NCBI GenBank assembly: GCA_963695875.1
Contig: CAVOID010000006.1
Coordinates: forward strand, 1-39,956
Origin: an uncultured delta proteobacterium
Lineage (GTDB): Bacteria > Desulfobacterota > Syntrophia > Syntrophales > UBA2185
DNA: 39,956 nt
Direction: 5' to 3'
The notes under the pieces were generated by a model. That model was not told where the DNA came from and did no database searches. It saw only the letters and a list, made by a program, of their open reading frames with translations. The translations under genes and the position numbers were made by a program. Below are positions 19,900 through 27,527 of the stretch, one piece after another; the stretch's first letter is position 1; every line of letters starts with the position of its first letter.

Positions 19900-19976
19900 G
19901 CCCCCGTAGCTCAGGCGGATAGAGCAACGGATTCCTAATCCGTGTGCCGCGTGTTCGAGTCACGCCGGGGGCACCA
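19900..19976 (+). tRNA. tRNA-Arg(CCT)
   Basis: GCCCCCG/CGGGGGC acceptor stem, ACGGA-TTCCTAA-TCCGT anticodon arm, GTTCGAG T-loop, encoded CCA. Confidence 0.95.
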
Positions 19977-19980
19977 ATAA

Positions 19981-20045
19981 AATCAACAAGTTAGTTACTA
20001 TCATCAAATCCCTCCATATCCCAGTTTGCTAACCTATTGCTACCC
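19981..20045 (+). other. att-like region: IHF consensus site plus short direct repeats 3' of tRNA-Arg
   Basis: AATCAACAAGTTA matches WATCAANNNNTTR; TTGCTAACC (20026) and TTGCTACCC (20037). Confidence 0.55.
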
Positions 20046-20215
20046 CTTGTTTATAATCTTAGTTATCTCTGATTGTGAATTCAAGTTTGCTGGGAGGCGT
20101 TTATCTAGCAGGAGGATTTACGTTACAAGGTCGATCTGGTCGGTGCTGGGATCTTGTGTGTTTAGAAAATCTGTTTCACCTTGTGTTCTTATTGCTTAAT
20201 GAATGTTATAAACTA

Positions 20216-20391
20216 CCGGCTGAGAAGCCAGGGTAAAATGGGAGGAGAGAATCTGTGTTTCACCTGATGCGTCAGAGCATGATAAGTAGATTAGATCCTT
20301 TTCCCACTGCTTTGTTCAGTAACTCGTACGGTATCATAAACCTTCCCAAATGGGAATGAGTTTGCACTTGCAAGGTTGATTCGAACGAAGC
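20216..20391 (+). ncRNA. IS110 bridge RNA (5' hairpin, target-binding loop, donor-binding loop)
   Basis: GGCT-GAGA-AGCC hairpin; stem 20239-54/20293-306 enclosing TGTTTCACCT and TAAGTAG; stem 20309-17/20383-91 enclosing ACGGTATCA and TGCAAG; the guides match the element junctions. Confidence 0.85.
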
Positions 20392-20437
20392 TATTTTACT
20401 GGAGGCTAGATTAATAAGTTAAGAGAGGTGTTTTATT

Positions 20438-21406
20438 ATGTCAGTATCGATTCTTGGGATAGATATCGCGAAACAGAAATTTGATGTCGCACTTCTTGTA
20501 GATGAGAAGACAAAACATAAGACCTGCAAGAATTCGGCGGAAGGCTTTGAGACGTTGATGCTCTGGCTTGAGAAACAGGGAATTCAGAAGGTCCATGCCT
20601 GTCTGGAAGCAACGGGCAGCTATGGAGAGGACTTGGCGATCTATCTTTATGAAGCCGGCCACATTGTCAGCATTGTCAATCCCGCCCGTATCAAGGGGTT
20701 TGCCCAGAGTGAACTGATTCGCACCAAGACGGATAAGATTGATGCCGCCTTGATTGCCCGGTTCTGTCTGGCCATGAAACCAGGTGCATGGATTCCGCCT
20801 CCACCGGAGATCAGATCCTTGAGAGCTTTGGTCAGAAGGGTTGACAGCTTGGTCGACATGCGAAGCCAGGAGAAGAATCGGCTCAGCACGGCACGTGAAT
20901 CTGTCATTTCTTTGATCAAAGAACATATAGCTTATTTGGATCAGGAAATTGAAAAGATCAGGCGACAAATTACCGATCTCATAGGACAAAATCCACATCT
21001 TAAACGGAGGAAGGAATTGCTGGAGTCTATTCCCGGTATTGGTAAGGTAACTATTCCTCACATCCTGGCAGAATTAGATGACCTGGAAAAATTCAACCAC
21101 GTTCGTCAAATGGTGGCATTCATCGGCCTCGCGCCAAGGGAAACGCTCTCAGGATCATCTATTAAAGGGAAACCCAGATTATGTAAGATGGGACATACAA
21201 GGCTCAGAAAGACCCTATATATGCCTGCATTGGTGTCAATCCAATGCAATCCTGTTATGATCGATTTTTATAACCGTCTAAAAGATAAAGGCAAGAATGG
21301 CAAAATTATCGTCTGTGCGATTATGAGAAAACTGGTTCACGTTATCTTTGGAGTCTTGAAATCCGGGAAAAAGTATGATCCGAATTATAAACCAGCTTCC
21401 GCTTGA
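20438..21406 (+). CDS. IS110 DEDD recombinase (bridge recombinase), intact
   Basis: LGIDIAK, CLEATG, KTDKIDA RuvC-like DEDD residues; SIPGIG; GLAP...SGSS catalytic Ser; AIMRKL. Confidence 0.95.
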   Translation: MSVSILGIDIAKQKFDVALLVDEKTKHKTCKNSAEGFETLMLWLEKQGIQKVHACLEATGSYGEDLAIYLYEAGHIVSIVNPARIKGFAQSELIRTKTDKIDAALIARFCLAMKPGAWIPPPPEIRSLRALVRRVDSLVDMRSQEKNRLSTARESVISLIKEHIAYLDQEIEKIRRQITDLIGQNPHLKRRKELLESIPGIGKVTIPHILAELDDLEKFNHVRQMVAFIGLAPRETLSGSSIKGKPRLCKMGHTRLRKTLYMPALVSIQCNPVMIDFYNRLKDKGKNGKIIVCAIMRKLVHVIFGVLKSGKKYDPNYKPASA

Positions 21407-21487
21407 CAAGAACGGTATCTACTTACCAATAATTTTCTGTTTGGACTTGATGTGAAGATTACCATTTGAACTGTGGGCTCTGATAGT

Positions 21488-21670
21488 GTTGCAAAATCCA
21501 TAGTACCGCACCATCTGCTCGCTACTGTTGGGAATGTGGGAGCACAGGCTGACCCGTCATTCCAGGGCAGGGAAGACCTTGATGGACTTCCCGTCATTAG
21601 ACGCATAGACGACCTTTACCTCCTGATCTAGATACTGCATCTATTCCTGGGAGAACGACGCTCGGATGAT
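21488..21670 (-). pseudogene. IS91-family (rolling-circle) transposase fragment
   Basis: One frame reads IIRASFSQE*MQYLDQEVKVVYASNDGKSIKVFPALE*RVSLCSHIPNSSEQMVRYYGFCN, matching the IS91-type C-terminal region, with two stops. Confidence 0.75.
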
Positions 21671-21705
21671 ATCTACCCTGGCTATTTCCAACTCCTTTAA
21701 GGAGG

Positions 21706-22155
21706 TCAGTAGTTTAACAAAAACCCCCACTGAGCTTCCGGATCTTTCTCAAATCGCTTGGTCATTAGCATTTCAAGCATCATATGGTGTTTTTTTTCAT
21801 CTCCCCATATCTGCTCGAAAATATATTGAAGTGCGGGTGTCTTGGTTAGGGATCTAATTTCAGCAACAAATTCTCTGTGTTCTTTTTCCATATCGCTATG
21901 TTTCTTTATTAAATCCCATACTTCTTTTCTCTCCTTAGCCCCCACAATGGCCTTGAAATCCAGGATTTCTATCGCTGCCCGACCGAAATCAGCATGCTTG
22001 CGTGAATCATGCTGAATCGCCCGCAGCAGAAATTTTACGGTTGTATTTTCTGCCTCGTTAATTGCCTTCTCTGTCAGATCGACTACTTCCTCCTCAGTTT
22101 TAATAAGTTGCTGTACTGTTGATTTTAATTTATCAATACTCTCTTCAGTGGCCAT
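21706..22155 (-). CDS. Ferritin-like four-helix-bundle protein
   Basis: EEEV...HDSRKH...EKEH...DEKKHH repeated acidic/His pattern; AGGAGG RBS. Confidence 0.7.
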   Translation of the reverse strand: MATEESIDKLKSTVQQLIKTEEEVVDLTEKAINEAENTTVKFLLRAIQHDSRKHADFGRAAIEILDFKAIVGAKERKEVWDLIKKHSDMEKEHREFVAEIRSLTKTPALQYIFEQIWGDEKKHHMMLEMLMTKRFEKDPEAQWGFLLNY

Positions 22156-22349
22156 ATGAATTACCTCCTTTGTTTTTTACCCCTCCCTTTAGGAGTTACC
22201 AGGAAGACCGTTAAATTCAACCTATGCACCAAAAGAACTGATAAGAACTTGCTTTTGCATGAACTGAGGGTAAGGAAAACCGACAAGGGTCTCCGTCAGC
22301 TTTCCTTTCGGGACGAATCGGATGCGACGCCCTGGCCGATCTCCAGGGG

Positions 22350-22832
22350 CTACTCGGGATAGAAGCCCGAAGCGACTAAGCTCGGAACTCCATCCACCTT
22401 AACCGCCTTCACGTAGGCCCATTTCTGCGATGGTTGGGTCTGCCCTGGTTTCGGGAACATGTAGTCGACCCATCCCGATCCCTTGGTTTCAGCTACCTGA
22501 ATAAATTCGTGATGAAATAACTTGCCATTGGCATCTTTCTGACCAGTGGTGTTGGTCCCTTCGCGCGCTGGAAAAGCGGCATTGAACAATACATTCGACT
22601 TCAAATCGTAGACGAACAAGTATGTGTCGCCGCTGAACCATTCGGTGCCCTTCTTTCTGAACTCGGGAAAGATTGCCTTGCCCTTACTTTCGATCAGTGC
22701 CGCCGCCTTGTTGACCAGCGCTTCGATCCGTTTTGCTTTCTCGGACGTTGGCGCAGATTGCTGCGCAGTCACAGGATTGACCATCAGCATCATGACAAGC
22801 GCGGCGCCAACTACTAAAAGTTGCTTGGACAT
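22350..22832 (-). CDS. Stand-alone periplasmic single Cache (sCache_2) domain protein
   Basis: Signal peptide; YLFVYD...KDANGK...GSGWVDYMFPKPG...KWAYV...SGFY. Confidence 0.85.
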   Translation of the reverse strand: MSKQLLVVGAALVMMLMVNPVTAQQSAPTSEKAKRIEALVNKAAALIESKGKAIFPEFRKKGTEWFSGDTYLFVYDLKSNVLFNAAFPAREGTNTTGQKDANGKLFHHEFIQVAETKGSGWVDYMFPKPGQTQPSQKWAYVKAVKVDGVPSLVASGFYPE

Positions 22833-23716
22833 AGTTTCCTCCTTCGTCAGTGAATGTTACCGGTCTTCCAGACCGCCCCTTGACGCTGATTACAACCGGC
22901 ACGTCAACAAACTCCACGACTAATTATATTGTTTACAGAATTGTGGAGCAAATTGCAATCAGGCGGTCCCCGATTTTGGGCTCCGAAATTTCTGATAATT
23001 GGCTTCAAAAAAGCTGATCTTCAGCTAATTTTTGAATAGAATTTCCTTTTAAAGGTTCGGAACAGATGAATTTGACCTGAGAATGTGGGGTGTAGCGCTG
23101 ACGATCACAGAAGCGACGTGTAACGGTGCCTGGCTGCAGAAGAATCGGTGCAACTTAAGGCCATTCTATCCGACAGGGAGGTATTTGCACCTGTATTCCA
23201 GACTAACCTCTAGTCTGCACCCCCACTTCTCAAATAGTTATGACTGGATGTATTCATCCCGAGAATATTCAGTGTCCAGATAGAGAAGTGAACATAACGT
23301 ATTGAAGTCTTGCATCTTCGCGATTAAATCTAATCTGATACTTTCTGCGATTGTAAGGGATGACAGTGAATATTCAGTCAACTTCGAATCTATGAAAAGG
23401 CAGGTGATAAAAAAGGCTGCATACGGTATTATTACGTAGGCGGGGAGATTATCGTTTTCTTCCATTGAGGCGCTTATGCGACCTCCTACTTCAGAATACA
23501 TAACTCCCCGTCAACATCTTAACCCCAATTGAGCAAGGTAAAAGCGTTTTATACGACTTTCTAATTACAAGGGTTGGGTAGGATGTCACACAAAAGATGG
23601 GGATAACCGCCTATAAGAAATACCTTCAAACCCAAATACACTTATGAAAATATCTTTACTGGAATAAACAAGGAAGACAGTAATTTGTACACTCACATAA
23701 GAGGCAGGGTTTGTAT

Positions 23717-25552
23717 TCAAATCAGCATACCCAATATTTCTTTCATTTTTTCCAGATCGTACGGAACGGCAACAGCCGCGCAGAAGCCATACTTGCTGAT
23801 TTCGGAAACTACAGGGTCGTCGGTATATCCGGTTGTCAAAACAGCCTTTATCTGCTGATCTATCTGTAGCAACTCTTTTATAGTTTCTTTCGCTCCCTTG
23901 CCGTCCGTTACGTTCAGATCAAGAACGACTACTGAAAATGGCTGGCCCTTTTCTTTTGCTGCTTTGTAAAGATCGATGGCTTCACTGCCATCCCTTGCGA
24001 ACTCAGCCTCATACCCAAGATAATGGAGGACTATGCCGGTTGAATTTCGCACGGCTTCTTCATCGTCCATGACAAGAATTTTCCCTTTTCTTGTAAAAAC
24101 TTGCTCCATTTCTGTTTTTATGACCTGACCTTCAAGAGACAACGCAGGCAGATAGACAAAAAAGGTAGACCCGACACCCGCTTCAGATTCAACGGTGATA
24201 AATCCATCGTGTTTCTTAATAATGGAATAACAGATTGCTAGTCCTAACCCCATCCCCCTCGCGGTACCCGCCGGCTTGGTCGTAAAATAGGGATCGAATA
24301 TTTTCGACAAATCCTCTTGAGGAATGCCTATGCCGTGATCTTTTACGGACCATTTTACATACTTCCCTTCTTTGAGAGGCAGGCCGTTCCCCGCTGCTAC
24401 ATTCACGTTTTCAGCGTGGATGGTTATGGTACCCCCTTCGAGCATGGCCTCCATGGCATTGACAACCAGGTTATGAATTACCTGCCGGATCTGTATATCA
24501 TCTATCTCAACGGGCCAGAGATCATCGGGCAGTAAAAACTCACAGTTGACATTGAATCCGGAAAGAGACAGCTCAGCGCAATCTCTTAGCAATTGCGAAA
24601 TAAAGACAACTTTTCTTATGGGTTCCTCTCCTTTGGCAAAGTTAATCAGGCGATGGGCCAATTCTTTTGCCTGGAGTCCAATCTTCTCAGCTTTCTCAAG
24701 CCCTTCTGCAAGATCGTTCTTTTCATCTGGAAAAGACAATTTGGCAGCAAATATATTTAGCAACATGGCAGACAGTAGCTTATTGAAATCATGGGCAATT
24801 CCATCAGCAAATATCCCCAAAGACTCAAGTTTCTTAATCCTGATTAACTCTTCTTCTGCCCGTTTGCGCTCTGTAAGGTCTTCATAGATGGTAACAATCT
24901 CGCCTGACGGCAGCTTATAAACGTTAGTTTCTATCCACTGGGAGATACGCTTGTCTGCGTAAAGTGTAACAGGATGATGTTCCTCCACCCCAGATTTCCA
25001 GACACGTTGAAAAACATCAAAGAGACCAATATCCTTGATGCCTGGAAATATTTCCTGAACACTCTGTTCGACAATCTCTTCTTGCTTCAGTTTACTGATA
25101 CGTTCTCCCGCAGGATTTATGTCCTTGAAGACGAAATCATCTCCATTGTCCCTTGCCTCGTATACTGCTACACCGTTACCCATCTTATTGAATAATTCGC
25201 GGAATCGGACCTCGCTTTTCATCAGAGCCCCTTTAAGGTTAACCAAAACTACAGAGATCAAAAGAAAAAAAGAGCATCGAACGAGATCATTAATAATAGG
25301 TTCCGCGGGTATAAAAATCAAATGACTCAAGATCAAGGTAACAGATAATAGTAAGGCAACAAAAACCCCCTTTCTCATCCACCAGACTGAAGCAATAACA
25401 ATAGGTATATAAAAGAAATGGCTGAATATCACGCTTGTCTTAAGAACAGCGTGGTAGTATAAAGTGGCGCCCACCGCGCTAGCTGTAAGGGTGATTACAA
25501 TGACTAACTTCCATGAAGCTCGAATGTCTTTAGTTAATTCCATGGGGGCCAT
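23717..25552 (-). CDS. Membrane hybrid sensor kinase (TM-PAS-HisKA-HATPase-REC)
   Basis: N-terminal TM helices; PAS; GIAHDFN H-box; NAMEAM, DHGIGI, FDPYFTTK, GMGLGL; REC VMDDE...LDL. Confidence 0.9.
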   Translation of the reverse strand: MAPMELTKDIRASWKLVIVITLTASAVGATLYYHAVLKTSVIFSHFFYIPIVIASVWWMRKGVFVALLLSVTLILSHLIFIPAEPIINDLVRCSFFLLISVVLVNLKGALMKSEVRFRELFNKMGNGVAVYEARDNGDDFVFKDINPAGERISKLKQEEIVEQSVQEIFPGIKDIGLFDVFQRVWKSGVEEHHPVTLYADKRISQWIETNVYKLPSGEIVTIYEDLTERKRAEEELIRIKKLESLGIFADGIAHDFNKLLSAMLLNIFAAKLSFPDEKNDLAEGLEKAEKIGLQAKELAHRLINFAKGEEPIRKVVFISQLLRDCAELSLSGFNVNCEFLLPDDLWPVEIDDIQIRQVIHNLVVNAMEAMLEGGTITIHAENVNVAAGNGLPLKEGKYVKWSVKDHGIGIPQEDLSKIFDPYFTTKPAGTARGMGLGLAICYSIIKKHDGFITVESEAGVGSTFFVYLPALSLEGQVIKTEMEQVFTRKGKILVMDDEEAVRNSTGIVLHYLGYEAEFARDGSEAIDLYKAAKEKGQPFSVVVLDLNVTDGKGAKETIKELLQIDQQIKAVLTTGYTDDPVVSEISKYGFCAAVAVPYDLEKMKEILGMLI

Positions 25553-25648
25553 AAATTATACTCCAAAAAGTAAATGAAAGAAGTACTCTATCACGGAACC
25601 TGATGGAAGTTGTCTTATTATGATTGTGGAGTTGCATCTATTTAATTG

Positions 25649-26227
25649 CGATTGTAATGTAGCATAGTATGGCTAAAATTTGAATTGCAAGGTTATAGGA
25701 AGTACGAGATAAAAAGGATAGTATTTGTTATACCTACAAATAAACGGGATTAGATTAGTAATGAGACTGAAGAGAAATGCTAAACATGGTTCAGGTCACG
25801 GCGTTCCGTCTTAGGCAAATTGTCAGACCTCCGTTCCCCACATTTTTTTCTTTTTCGTCGTTCCACCTTTTTTCCTGGACGGAACCAACTTCTTGGCTGC
25901 TTTAGAAGGTTCCCGGACTGATAGTCTTTCCAGAACAATTCTTTCGGCTTTAAGCCAATCTTCCACTTCCTGGTCGGAGATTCTCTGTTTGTAGATTTCG
26001 TAAGCAACCCTGGCAATTTCTTCCTTGAGATCCTGTTTGCTGTCCATGATGGGCTCCTTTTATTGCGTTGCGTAGACCGGTTTTTTTCGATACTACAAGT
26101 TGAGGTTTGTTTTCTCTGTTTGTCGCTTGGTTTCCCGGCGGCGCGACATTGTTTCAACTATTACCGATTGTAATGTAGCATAAAACGACAAAATAGAGAA
26201 ATAAGACTTGCAGGAAGCACGAGATAA
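25649..26227 (-). repeat. Duplicated promoter-like module upstream of the kinase and of the DUF2934 gene
   Basis: CGATTGTAATGTAGCATA at 25649 and 26165; AGGAAG(T/C)ACGAGATAA at 25697 and 26212 with 48/47-nt offsets. Confidence 0.7.
25823..26047 (-). CDS. DUF2934-family small protein with basic tail
   Basis: EEIARVAYEIY...EDWLKAER signature; AAGGAG RBS. Confidence 0.8.
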   Translation of the reverse strand: MDSKQDLKEEIARVAYEIYKQRISDQEVEDWLKAERIVLERLSVREPSKAAKKLVPSRKKGGTTKKKKMWGTEV

Positions 26228-26448
26228 TACGTCTCTTGCACAATGGCTTATCTATAGCTGACAATTAGGCCTGATCACCGCTAACGAATCTTCACCATCC
26301 AATTTCTCATTTCATTAGATGTCATTGAACGCTTCTTTAAATACCCCCCACCTTTCAGGGCTCTGAAGCGCTGTCCCGAAATCATTTTAATTCATAATAG
26401 CTCGTATAATCAGTACGTTATAAATTTTATCCCCGAAGCTCACAAAGT

Positions 26449-26463
26449 TGGCATGGATAATGC
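26449..26463 (+). promoter_or_regulatory. Sigma54 (-24/-12) promoter
   Basis: TGGCATGGATAATGC (GG-N10-GC); IHF-like AATCAGTACGTTA at 26408-26420. Confidence 0.7.
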
Positions 26464-26509
26464 GTTAATATAAGTCAAAACAAATTAAGTACAAAGGAGG
26501 AAACAGATC

Positions 26510-26786
26510 ATGAAAAAGACACTTAAAAACATTAGTCCTGGCGATATTTGTAGTGCTGGTGACGGCTACTTTCGGCTTCGCTGAGTATACGGCAACAGGT
26601 GTGAGCGAATTCCCGTATTTTCAACTCGGATGTCTGATTGTCGGCGGGATGACGATTATCTCTCTGAAGCAAAAGTATCCGAAGATGTATACCGGAGAGC
26701 TGATGGGTGTATTCACGATGTACACGATTCTGATCGCCCTGTTCACGGCCCCGGTTTTCAATGCCATTAAGACCTTGGTAAGCTAA
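26510..26786 (+). CDS. Small membrane protein (frameshift in A-run near 26528)
   Basis: AGGAGG RBS, ATG at 26510; removing one A joins MKKTLKTLVLAIFV to the 26553 ORF; hydrophobic helices. Confidence 0.65.
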
Positions 26787-26853
26787 GAATACCATCATAC
26801 CGGTTTTCATGACAGTATGGTGATCGACCCTGAAGGGAAAGGAGGTTAAGGAA

Positions 26854-27090
26854 ATGTTAACGACACACAAGACACACGAAGACCGCAGAATGTACAGCTC
26901 GATCCTGATGCTGAGTTCCTGGGGCTTTGTAATCGTGATTGCCTCATTCCTTTTCCTCTATCTGGGACACCTGCTGGATGAGCTTCTGGGTACGGCTCCC
27001 AACTTTATGCTCGGGTTGTTCTTTCTGGCCTTGTTTACCAGTATCGGCAGGCTTTATCAGGAAGCCTGGCGGAAGCGAAAGGATTTTTGA
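26854..27090 (+). CDS. AtpZ/AtpI-like small membrane protein
   Basis: WGFVIVIASFLFLYLGHLLDELLGTAPNFMLGLFFL fits the GxxxDxxxGTxP two-helix pattern. Confidence 0.75.
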   Translation: MLTTHKTHEDRRMYSSILMLSSWGFVIVIASFLFLYLGHLLDELLGTAPNFMLGLFFLALFTSIGRLYQEAWRKRKDF

Positions 27091-27141
27091 AATCATCCTT
27101 CTCATGTAAAACATAAGAGATCTTTTCATGATCCGTTGTCC

Positions 27142-27187
27142 TCTTAAGCCCCTTCATGCAGCTATGCAAAGGGGCTTAAGATTTTTT
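27142..27187 (+). terminator. Intrinsic terminator
   Basis: TCTTAAGCCCCTT...AAGGGGCTTAAGA followed by TTTTTT. Confidence 0.85.
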
Positions 27188-27423
27188 GAACCTTTTCAGC
27201 ATCCATCCCTCTATCAGACAAATTAAGTCCTGGCTGGATTTTCAGCTTTCACCTGCCTGCTAAACAACTTTGTTTTAACCAGATAATTGAGGATAAAGGA
27301 ATTTTTATACCGCACAAGACCGAGCCCCCTGGGGGGAAGCCTGACGAAGATTTCTTAGGTTAAAGAAAGTTAAAGACAGGTTAAAGAATTTTTATAGCAA
27401 AATAGCGAAATTTGCGAATAAAA

Positions 27424-27521
27424 TGGCGGAAGTGCATGGGAATCGAACCCACCTGGGACGGTTCTAGCGCCCCACACTGGATTTGAAGTCCAGGAGGCCC
27501 ACCAGTGACCTTGGCACTTCC
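27424..27521 (-). tRNA. selC: tRNA-Sec(TCA)
   Basis: 8-bp acceptor GGAAGUGC/GCACUUCC, CUGGA-CUUCAAA-UCCAG anticodon arm, long variable arm, GCCA end. Confidence 0.95.
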
Positions 27522-27527
27522 GCGAAT

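Larger units (their letters stand above)
20180..21420 (+). mobile_element. Complete IS110-family insertion sequence (IS621-like, long left non-coding end)
   Basis: CT core at both ends (20180-81, 21419-20); right end TTGACA...ACGGTATCT; no terminal IRs; boundaries fixed by bridge-RNA guide matches. Confidence 0.9.

Noticed and set aside
21557..21643. TGA/TAG recoding in the IS91-like frame
   Set aside because: A short fragment without a start; ordinary nonsense decay
23030..23052. Possible IS91 terminus (GAATAGAATTTCCTTTT)
   Set aside because: Only a loose resemblance, too short and AT-rich to support
23040..23520. Short ORFs or a cobalamin-riboswitch-like segment
   Set aside because: No recognisable protein motifs and the riboswitch core elements are incomplete
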